This document shows, piece by piece, positions 11,662-19,687 of a DNA stretch of 64,000 nucleotides. Position numbers and translations under genes: made by a program. Where the stretch lies: the NCBI GenBank assembly GCA_963741955.1, contig CAVUKB010000005.1:640001-704000 (forward strand). Reading direction: 5' to 3'. The DNA is from an uncultured Acidobacteriota bacterium. GTDB taxonomy: Bacteria; Acidobacteriota; Thermoanaerobaculia; Gp7-AA8. The notes below the pieces were generated by a model that was given only the letters and a program-made list of their open reading frames with translations, did not search any database and was not told where the DNA came from. The first letter of the stretch is position 1. The number at the start of each line of letters is the position of its first letter.

Positions 11662-12906
11662 CTACTTCGGCGCGTCCGCCAGCGTCTTCGCGGACGGCTT
11701 CAGCCCGGCGGTCGTGTTGTAGACCATCTGCACCTTTCCGAGACTGATCTGGTCGTTGTTCTTCAGCTCGACCCGGGTGATCCGTTCGCCGTTCACGTAC
11801 GACCCGTTGCGGCTGTTCGTATCCTCGAGCACGTATCCCCCGTCGGAGCGGACCAGGCGCGCGTGCATGCTGGAGACGCTGCTGTCCTTGATCCGGATCT
11901 CCGCCGCCGGATCGCGTCCGAGCTTGTATTCCTGATCGATCAGCGGAAACGTGGTCCGGTTCTCGTCGTGGAGGATCAGGCACGCGGGGGCAAGCGGCAG
12001 ACCTCCGATGATCGTCTCCGCCGAGGAAGACTCCATCGGCATCGGCGGGGGTGGCGCGTGAAGCTGGGGCGACTGCCCCTTCACCGTCTCGTCACCCGCG
12101 GGCTGCGCCGCGGCGGCCGGCTCCTCCGGAACGGACTTCTCAGGCGCGGGCTCCGGCTGCGGAGCTTCCGCCTCGATCGGAGCATCAGTGACCGTCGAGA
12201 CGCTCACCTCTTCGAGGAGTGCGTTCTTTCGCAGCGAATCGAGCGTGTGGTACAGCTCGATCGGGTCGCGCTCCAGAATCCGGACCAGCCGCGAGAGCGA
12301 CGTCTTGCCGTCGATCTTGAACAATACCCGGAACTCATCCGCGGTGAGGGTGATCTTCTCGCTCTCCGGATCGCCGACGACCCGGAAAACCACCTCCGGA
12401 TCGGGGAAGAGCTTCTGGCACTTCTCCCACTCCGCGATCCGTTTCGATCCCTCCGCGATCAGCCCGTCCACTTTCAGAGCGACGGGCTGCGTCCCTTCGG
12501 GGAGCTCGATCTCCCCGCTGAATTCGAAGAGCCCTCGCTCCCACATCAACGCGTCGTAGACGACCTCGGATGCGAGGACCTCCCCGAATTCCTTCAGCGC
12601 CTCCGCGGAAAATGTCTTCGCTTTCAGAAGATCGTCCGCCCACCCTTCGGCGTTGCGGTTCATCGCCGCTTCGAGCTTCTGACGGCTTTCGCGATCGATC
12701 TTCTTCCGGCGGGTCAGCACCGTCGGGAGCTGCATCGTCTCCTGCCCCGACCGGGCCCGGACCACGGCGCCCGAGTCGAGACAGATCTCGGATTCATTCA
12801 TCTCGTGCATCAGTCGGAGGGTTCCGGTCCGCGATCCTCCGGAGAGGAACAGGAGGATCTCCTTTAGACGGAACGCCCCCAGGTCGCCCTGAAGTTGAGT
12901 TGTCAT
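11662..12906 (-). CDS. DUF4388 + FHA domain protein
   Basis: LQGDLGAFRLKEILLFL...RTGTLRL (DUF4388/PATAN-like); Pro/Ala/Glu linker; C-terminal FHA motifs LGR, SVSSMHARL, SRNGSYVNG. Confidence 0.85.
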   Translation of the reverse strand: MTTQLQGDLGAFRLKEILLFLSGGSRTGTLRLMHEMNESEICLDSGAVVRARSGQETMQLPTVLTRRKKIDRESRQKLEAAMNRNAEGWADDLLKAKTFSAEALKEFGEVLASEVVYDALMWERGLFEFSGEIELPEGTQPVALKVDGLIAEGSKRIAEWEKCQKLFPDPEVVFRVVGDPESEKITLTADEFRVLFKIDGKTSLSRLVRILERDPIELYHTLDSLRKNALLEEVSVSTVTDAPIEAEAPQPEPAPEKSVPEEPAAAAQPAGDETVKGQSPQLHAPPPPMPMESSSAETIIGGLPLAPACLILHDENRTTFPLIDQEYKLGRDPAAEIRIKDSSVSSMHARLVRSDGGYVLEDTNSRNGSYVNGERITRVELKNNDQISLGKVQMVYNTTAGLKPSAKTLADAPK

Positions 12907-13162
12907 GATCTGCTGATGTTAGCGGATTTTCGAGCGGTGGGTCACGGGAAACCGAATAGACGGGGGAAGAAGTTTGCCGGCCCCGGCAGCGATCTCGTTG
13001 GAAGGCGAGGTGACGCAGGCAAAGCGCCGGGACCGGCTGGAGCTTTCTTGCTCCCTGCACAGAAGTGATCCTGCCCGCCCGGAAAATACAGGACGAGCCC
13101 GGTGTTTGCGCGCCCGATCGGCGCCCGTGATAGTAGCGAGCGGCGAGAGATCTTGAATGTAT

Positions 13163-13222
13163 ACCCGGATCATTCCCGGGACTTCTCCTGCGGGGCGACG
13201 AGATCTCGTGAATAATCCGGGT
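13163..13222. repeat. Small inverted-repeat (MITE-like) element ACCCGGATCATTC...GAATAATCCGGGT
   Basis: 13-bp inverted repeat with 1 mismatch; similar solo GTGAATCATCCGGG near 22578. Confidence 0.45.
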
Positions 13223-13262
13223 TAAACTTCAGCCCGCACTACTCAGAGGAGGTCTCTTCGAC

Positions 13263-15236
13263 ATGCCGCGACTCAGCCGTTCTTCAGCAGCCTGGTTCGT
13301 CACGCTCGCAACCGCCGCCCTTCTTTCGATCCCCGCGCTCGCACAGAGCAGGAAATCCGTCACCGGGACGAAAGCGCCGGCAACCTACTCCGCTCTTCCG
13401 AGCGAGACTCCTGCGAAGCTCGAACCGGTGACGGACTTCCTCGACTACGTCCGCCGCGAAGCGATGATTCCGATGCGCGACGGAGTGAAGCTCCACACCG
13501 TCATCCTCGTGCCGAAGGGTGCGAAGAACGCTCCGATCCTCCTCACCCGCACTCCGTACGACGCAGACGGGCTCACCAGCCACGCGAGCAGCGCGCATCT
13601 CGCATCGATCCTCCAGGGCTACGACAACGCCACCGACGTGATCGTCGAAGACGGCTACATCCGCGTGGTCCAGGACGTGCGCGGAAAGTACGGCTCCGAG
13701 GGGGATTACGTGATGAACCGGCCGCTGCACGGGCCGCAGAACCCCACCCCGGTCGACAACTCGACCGACACCTGGGACACCATCGACTGGCTGGTGAAGA
13801 ACGTCCCGGAGACGAACGGCAAGGTCGGAATTCTCGGCATCTCCTACGACGGCTTTCTTCCGCTGATGGCGCTGGTCAATCCTCATCCGGCTTTGAAGGT
13901 CGCCGTTCCGATGAACCCGATGGTCGATGGATGGATGGGCGACGACTGGTTCCACAACGGCGCCTTCCGTCAGATCAACCTCCCGTACATCTACCAGCAG
14001 GAGGCGTCGCGCAAAGGCGACGCGAAGTGGTACTCGACGCACTTCGACGAATACGAGACGTACCTGCAGGCCGGATCGGCCGGAGCACTCGGGCACAGCC
14101 GCGGCGTCGAGCAGGTCGGCTTCTGGCGGAAGATCCTCGCCCACCCTTCCTACGACGCGTTCTGGCGCGATCAGGCGGTCGACAAGGTGCTCGCGAAGGA
14201 GCCGCTCAAAGTCCCGACCATGCTCGTCGCGGGACTGTGGGATCAGGAGGACATCTACGGTGCGCTCGCCGTGTACAAGGCGATCGAGCCGAAGGACACC
14301 CGTAACGACATGGTGTACCTGACCCTCGGACCGTGGTACCACGGCCAGGAGATCCACGAGGGAAGCTCCCTCGGCGCGGTGCAGTTCGAAAGCGATACCG
14401 CTCTCTACTTCCGGCAGCACATCCTCCGTCCGTTCCTCGCCCACTATCTGATGGATTCCGCGCCGGCGATGAAGGTCGCACCGGTCAATGCATTCGAGAC
14501 CGGCACGAACCATTGGGAACAACTGCAGACATGGCCCTCCGGCTGCGAGAGCGGCTGCCGCATCGTGCCGGCGCCCCTCTATCTGGAGTCCGGACTGAAG
14601 GTCGGATTCACTCCCCCCACGGCGCAGAGCGGGCAGTTCGACCAGTACGTCTCGGATCCGTCGAAACCCATCCCGTACGTGCAGCGTCCGATCCACAACA
14701 GCGGCGAACAGTGGAGGACCTGGCTGGTCAGCGACCAGCGGCAGGCTTCGGGACGCACGGACGTTCTCGCCTTCGTCTCCGATCCGCTCACTGCGCCGGT
14801 GACCATCGCCGGAGAGCCGGTGGCGAACCTCGTCGCCTCGACCAGCGGCACCGACTCGGATTGGGTGGTGAAGCTCATCGACGTCTATCCCGACGAAGTC
14901 GCGTCGCAGCCCGAGATGGGCGGGTACCAGCTGATGGTCTCGGCCGACATCTTCCGCGGCCGCTACCGCGAGAGTCTCGAAACGCCGAAACCGATCGCGT
15001 CGAACGAGCCGCTGTTGTATCGCTTTGCGCTTCCGGCCGCGAACCACGTCTTTCTTCCGGGGCACCGGATCATGGTCCAGGTGCAGTCGAGCTGGTTCCC
15101 TCTCTACGACCGGAACCCGCAGACGTTCGTCCCGAGCATCTTCGAAGCGAAGCCGTCCGATTATCAGAAGGCGACGCAAAAGGTCTGGCACTCGCCGGAG
15201 CATGCGAGCTTCATCGAGCTTCCTCTGGTGAAGTAA
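13263..15236 (+). CDS. CocE/NonD family hydrolase (alpha-amino acid ester hydrolase / glutaryl-7-ACA acylase-like)
   Basis: Signal peptide, IPMRDGVKL, RTPY, QDVRG, GISYDG nucleophile motif, WDQED, GPWYH. Confidence 0.93.
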   Translation: MPRLSRSSAAWFVTLATAALLSIPALAQSRKSVTGTKAPATYSALPSETPAKLEPVTDFLDYVRREAMIPMRDGVKLHTVILVPKGAKNAPILLTRTPYDADGLTSHASSAHLASILQGYDNATDVIVEDGYIRVVQDVRGKYGSEGDYVMNRPLHGPQNPTPVDNSTDTWDTIDWLVKNVPETNGKVGILGISYDGFLPLMALVNPHPALKVAVPMNPMVDGWMGDDWFHNGAFRQINLPYIYQQEASRKGDAKWYSTHFDEYETYLQAGSAGALGHSRGVEQVGFWRKILAHPSYDAFWRDQAVDKVLAKEPLKVPTMLVAGLWDQEDIYGALAVYKAIEPKDTRNDMVYLTLGPWYHGQEIHEGSSLGAVQFESDTALYFRQHILRPFLAHYLMDSAPAMKVAPVNAFETGTNHWEQLQTWPSGCESGCRIVPAPLYLESGLKVGFTPPTAQSGQFDQYVSDPSKPIPYVQRPIHNSGEQWRTWLVSDQRQASGRTDVLAFVSDPLTAPVTIAGEPVANLVASTSGTDSDWVVKLIDVYPDEVASQPEMGGYQLMVSADIFRGRYRESLETPKPIASNEPLLYRFALPAANHVFLPGHRIMVQVQSSWFPLYDRNPQTFVPSIFEAKPSDYQKATQKVWHSPEHASFIELPLVK

Positions 15237-15353
15237 GGGAGGGAGGATCACGGGTCGGGGTCCGCTGCGGACTGGGAGGGGGATCATCGCTCTCCTTGAT
15301 CGTCCGCAGAAACGGAATAGAGACGCGATGAGGAAACCTTCTGGCTATCCAGG

Positions 15354-16640
15354 GTGGCAGATCTCGGATGGCAGTACCTCACGGCCGCAGACAAGCGCCT
15401 GATTCTGCGGGGCATCCGCGACGGACGAGCCTACGGCGGTCCGTTCCACGCGGAGATCCATCCCGCCGACCGGTGCAATCTCGACTGCTTCTTCTGTTCG
15501 ACGGCGACGTTGCGCGGAACCGACGAGATCTCTCCCCCGTCGTTTTCACGCCTTCTCACGGAGCTCAAGGATGGAGGGACGCGGTCTCTCCGCCTCTCCG
15601 GCGGTGGCGAGCCGCTCTTTCACCGGAACATCAACGCCGTCTTTTCGCAGATCATCGAATCGGGACTCCCGATCGAAAATCTCACCACGAACGCCGTTCT
15701 CCTTCGGGATCGGGTTCTCGACGCCGTGATGGAGTGCTGCGACCTGGTGACGGTGAGTCTGAATACCGCCGACCCTTCCGGCTACGCTTCGATGATGCGC
15801 TCGACCGAACGGAACTTCGATCGCGTGGTGGCGAACGTTCGCGAACTGAAGCGCCGCTCCCGTTCGAGACGTACCGCGCCACGGGTGAACCTCCAGTTTC
15901 TCGTCTGGAAGGGCAACTACGAGACGATTCCGAAGATGTACGAGCTCGCGAGAGAGCTCGAGGTCGACACGATTCAGTTCAATGGACTGGCGTTCCTCCG
16001 TCCCGAGGAACGGATGACACCGGAAGAGACGGAGAGGATGCTGGGGCTGTACGAAGATCTCGTTCGCCGCGACGAGTGGCGGCGGATCACCGGAATCTCG
16101 AGCTTCGAACAGGACCTCACTCCGTGGTTCGAGAGTATGTCCGGGCGTCTCGCGCGTGAGCGCGCAGAGGGCGGACTCGGCGCACGGGTCCGGCGGTATC
16201 TCACCCGCTCCGACTTTCCGCTGCGGGAGAGAGTCCGTCACTCGGTACGGATGCGCGCGATGCGACGCCGCGACCGGCAACTGGCCGATACCTCGCTCTA
16301 CTGCCTGGTGGCGTGGCATTCACTGGTGATTCGGACGACCGGCACGGTCGCTCCCTGCTGCATCCTCCAGGGGACCAGCATGGACGAGTGGACGAAGTCG
16401 AGCATCCACGATGTCTGGCACGGGCCACAGTACCAGCGCCTGCGGCAGGAGCTCTCCCGGATCATGCGCGAAGGCGAATCGTGGGAAGCCCGTCCTGCCG
16501 GTGAAGAGCTGGTCTCCGAAGGATGCCTTCCGGCCGCCTGTCCGATGAGCACTTTCTACTTCCAGTCCGACGTCCGCTTCGCTCGTGCGTTTTCGCACCT
16601 GGTGGAAGAGAGCCGGAACACGGCGTCGCCTCACTCTTGA
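15354..16640 (+). CDS. Radical SAM protein with SPASM/twitch domain
   Basis: CNLDCFFC (CxxxCxxC), SGGGEPL, TTNA, CLVAW...G.V.PCC and a C-terminal Cys pair. Confidence 0.88.
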   Translation: MADLGWQYLTAADKRLILRGIRDGRAYGGPFHAEIHPADRCNLDCFFCSTATLRGTDEISPPSFSRLLTELKDGGTRSLRLSGGGEPLFHRNINAVFSQIIESGLPIENLTTNAVLLRDRVLDAVMECCDLVTVSLNTADPSGYASMMRSTERNFDRVVANVRELKRRSRSRRTAPRVNLQFLVWKGNYETIPKMYELARELEVDTIQFNGLAFLRPEERMTPEETERMLGLYEDLVRRDEWRRITGISSFEQDLTPWFESMSGRLARERAEGGLGARVRRYLTRSDFPLRERVRHSVRMRAMRRRDRQLADTSLYCLVAWHSLVIRTTGTVAPCCILQGTSMDEWTKSSIHDVWHGPQYQRLRQELSRIMREGESWEARPAGEELVSEGCLPAACPMSTFYFQSDVRFARAFSHLVEESRNTASPHS

Positions 16641-16646
16641 CTCGCG

Positions 16647-17122
16647 CGGGGTGCGACGAATTGATCGCGTTCCTCTCTTTCACCGGCTAATCTCCATTGC
16701 CCCTTCGGGGCAGGAGGACGACTTGAATTCGCTCTCGCCATTCGTTTGGTCAAAGGTGGCCGTCGCCCGCCCGTGGCGCCTGAATTCTGAACTCAGAATT
16801 CTGCATTCTGCATTCTGCATTCGTCGGGCTCGGCCGCATCACGTCACTCCTCAAAGCGAAACTCCGGCACCCCTTCGGGGTGCGACGAATCATCGCGCTC
16901 CTCTCTTTCCGGTGGCGGCCGCTTCGCGGCAGCCACCGGCTAATCTCCATTGCCCCTTCGGGGCAGGGGGACGATTTGAATTCGCTCTCGCCATTCGAAT
17001 GCAAGAATGCAAAATTTTGAGTCGAGAAACGACACCTGCCCTTCTCTCATTCTCAATTCTGCATTCTGCATTCTGCATTCTGCATTCGTCGGGCTCGGCC
17101 GCATCACGTCACTCCTCAAAGC
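16647..17122. repeat. Imperfect tandem duplication (about 210-250 bp) containing GCCCCTTCGGGGC hairpins and (GCATTCT)n tracts
   Basis: Copies begin near 16647 and 16876 and end at CACTCCTCAAAGC (16858, 17122). Confidence 0.8.
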
Positions 17123-17161
17123 TTGTGCGCAATGCCCCCGACCCCCGACCCCTGACCCCCG

Positions 17162-18505
17162 TTACCTCGTCACCTTCCCGCTCTTCACGACATCGCTGTA
17201 GAACCGCGCGCTCTTCTTCGGCGTGCGCTTCTGCGTCGCGAAGTCGACGTGGACGATTCCGAAGCGCTTGCTGAAACCGAGACTCCATTCGAGGTTGTCG
17301 AGGAGAGACCAGACGAAGTAGCCCCGCACGTCGACTCCCGCCTCGATCGCGCGCGCCACGGCGAAGAGGTGCTCGCGCAGGTAGTACACGCGAATCGGAT
17401 CGTCGATGACTCCGTCGATTGCGGAGGGAGGATCGAAGAGCGACGCGCCGTTCTCGGTGATGTAGACCGGTGTCGCTCCGTAGCGATCGCGGAACCAGAC
17501 CAGGATGTCGGTCAGCCCCCGGGGATAGAACTCCCATCCGGTCTCGGAGTAGATCGCGGCCGGATTTCGTACCCGGCTCGCGCGCTCGACGATCTTCGAC
17601 GGATCGTTCTTCGTCAATCCACGGGTGTAGTAGTTGATCCCCACGAAATCGAGGGGTTGGCGGATCGTGTCGAAGTCGGCAGCGGGAAACGAGGGCCACG
17701 CCTCTCCGAACATCTCGCTCATCTCGTCGGGGTAGCGTCCGAGAAACGCGGGATCGAGGTACTGCCGGTTCATGTACGCGTCGGCACGGCGGGTCGCAGT
17801 GCGGTCCTCCTCCGAGTCGGAGGCGGGATACTTCGGCTCGAGGTTGACCACCAGACCGACCTCGTGTTTTCCGACCGCGCGGTACGCCGCAACCGCCTTC
17901 CCATGAGCGCGCATCAGGTTGTGCGATGCGATCGGCGCTTCGAACAGATTCGCGTGGCCGGGAGCGAGCGCTCCGTGGAGATAGCCCCCGTCGCTGACGA
18001 CCCACGGCTCGTTCAGCGTCGCCCAGAGGTCGATCCGGTCGTCGAGCGCGCGGTACGCCGTCGTCGCGTAGTCCGCGAACCACTCCGCGACGTCGCGATT
18101 GAGCCACCCTCCCTTGTCGTCGAGGGCTGCCGGAAGGTCCCAGTGATAAAGCGTCGCCATGGGGCGGATTCCGTTTTCACGGAGTGCATCGACGAGCCGG
18201 CGGTAGAAGTCGAGACCCTTCTGGTTCACCGCTCCCTTCCCCTCGGGGAGGATGCGGCTCCACGAGATGCTGAAGCGGTATGCGCCGAGGCCGAGCTCGT
18301 GCATGAGAGCCACGTCTTCCGCATAACGGCGATAGTGATCGCACGCCACGTCTCCCGTGTCGCCGTTCGCAGTCCGGCCGGGGGTGTGGGTGAACCTCTG
18401 CCATATGCTCGGGCCCGCTCCGTCGGCCAGCGGCGATCCTTCGATCTGGTACGCGCTCGTCGCGGCTCCCCAGAGGAATCCGGAAGGAAAACTCGCCTCA
18501 CTCAT
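17162..18505 (-). CDS. Beta-glucosidase, GH1
   Basis: FLWGAATSAYQIEG, YRFSISWSR, TLNEP, YITENG, WSLLDNLEW..GFSKRFG. Confidence 0.96.
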   Translation of the reverse strand: MSEASFPSGFLWGAATSAYQIEGSPLADGAGPSIWQRFTHTPGRTANGDTGDVACDHYRRYAEDVALMHELGLGAYRFSISWSRILPEGKGAVNQKGLDFYRRLVDALRENGIRPMATLYHWDLPAALDDKGGWLNRDVAEWFADYATTAYRALDDRIDLWATLNEPWVVSDGGYLHGALAPGHANLFEAPIASHNLMRAHGKAVAAYRAVGKHEVGLVVNLEPKYPASDSEEDRTATRRADAYMNRQYLDPAFLGRYPDEMSEMFGEAWPSFPAADFDTIRQPLDFVGINYYTRGLTKNDPSKIVERASRVRNPAAIYSETGWEFYPRGLTDILVWFRDRYGATPVYITENGASLFDPPSAIDGVIDDPIRVYYLREHLFAVARAIEAGVDVRGYFVWSLLDNLEWSLGFSKRFGIVHVDFATQKRTPKKSARFYSDVVKSGKVTR

Positions 18506-18529
18506 CGATTCCTCCTCGCTCGACGTGGT

Positions 18530-18558
18530 TTGACATCGCGATCGTAGTGCAGTAGTTT
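18530..18558 (+). promoter_or_regulatory. Sigma70-type promoter TTGACA-N17-TAGTTT for the lacI-glucan operon
   Basis: -35 at 18530-18535, -10 at 18553-18558, exact 17-bp spacer. Confidence 0.75.
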
Positions 18559-18565
18559 ACCCCAA

Positions 18566-18583
18566 AATGTAACCGGTTACATT
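18566..18583. promoter_or_regulatory. LacI-family operator, perfect palindrome AATGTAACCGGTTACATT
   Basis: 18-bp perfect palindrome with central CG, between the promoter and the lacI ATG. Confidence 0.85.
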
Positions 18584-18586
18584 GCG

Positions 18587-19672
18587 ATGACCGAAGAGCG
18601 TTCGAACACTCGCAGAAACCGCCGCCACGAACGGCATCCGACGATCCGCGACGTCGCGGCTCGCGCCAATGTCTCCGTGGCTACGGTCTCCCGCGTCTTC
18701 AGCGGAAAAGACATCGTACGCGAAGAGACCTCCATCCGGGTGCGCGAGATCGCCCGCACGCTCGGGTACGTTCCGAACGTCGCTGCGCGCGCGCTCAGCG
18801 TCCGCCGCTCGCACACCATCGGCATTCTTCTGCCCGACATTCACGGTGAATTCTTCTCCGAGCTGCTGCGTGGCATCGACATCGCCGCGCGCGGGGCGGG
18901 GTATCACATCCTCGTCTCCGGCTGGCACAGCGATCTCGAGGAGATGATCGCGATGACCAACGCGTTCCGCGGGCGCGTCGACGGCATTCTGGTCATGGCT
19001 CCCGACATCTCGGTGGCTCAGTTCCGGGAACGGGTTGCACCCCGCATTCCCGTAGTGCTCCTCAACACCGCTGCACACGCCGAGCTCGATTCGATCGTCG
19101 TCGACAACTCGGGCGGAGCGCGCGCAGTGATGCGACACCTCCGGGAGCTCGGTCACGAACGGATCGCATTCGTCAACGGTCCGTCCCGGAACCTCGACGC
19201 CCGGGAGCGCCGGCGCGGATACCGGCACGGGCTCCAGACCGCCGCGCCCCCCCTCGCGCCTCTCGAGATTCCCGGCGACTTCACTGAAGAATCCGGATAC
19301 GCCTCAGTGGAGACGATCCTGGAGATGGAGCCCCGTCCCACCGCAGTCTTCGCTGCGAACGACTCGATGGCGATCGGAATCCTCGCCGGACTCGCCGAGC
19401 ACGGTGTCTCCGTCCCCGACGAGATATCGGTGGTCGGGTTCGACGACATTCTCATCTCGCGTTACGTCAACCCTCCCCTCACGACGGTGCGCATCGACGT
19501 CGGCCATCTCGGCCGGCGCGCGTTCGCCCTTCTGCAGGAGGCATTCGACGAGAACGGCCAGACGCCGCTCCGGAGGGAGCGGGTCAGCACCTCTCTCGTG
19601 GTGAGGCAATCAACCAGTCCGCGCCGGCCAGGACACGCTCGACCGGCGCAGAGAAGAACGCGTGATCGATAG
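18587..19672 (+). CDS. LacI family transcriptional regulator
   Basis: TIRDVAARANVSVATVSRV HTH, AVFAANDSMAIG, VPDEISVVGFDD, PPLTTV. Confidence 0.96.
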   Translation: MTEERSNTRRNRRHERHPTIRDVAARANVSVATVSRVFSGKDIVREETSIRVREIARTLGYVPNVAARALSVRRSHTIGILLPDIHGEFFSELLRGIDIAARGAGYHILVSGWHSDLEEMIAMTNAFRGRVDGILVMAPDISVAQFRERVAPRIPVVLLNTAAHAELDSIVVDNSGGARAVMRHLRELGHERIAFVNGPSRNLDARERRRGYRHGLQTAAPPLAPLEIPGDFTEESGYASVETILEMEPRPTAVFAANDSMAIGILAGLAEHGVSVPDEISVVGFDDILISRYVNPPLTTVRIDVGHLGRRAFALLQEAFDENGQTPLRRERVSTSLVVRQSTSPRRPGHARPAQRRTRDR

Positions 19673-19687
19673 GTAAGGAGAGTACTC

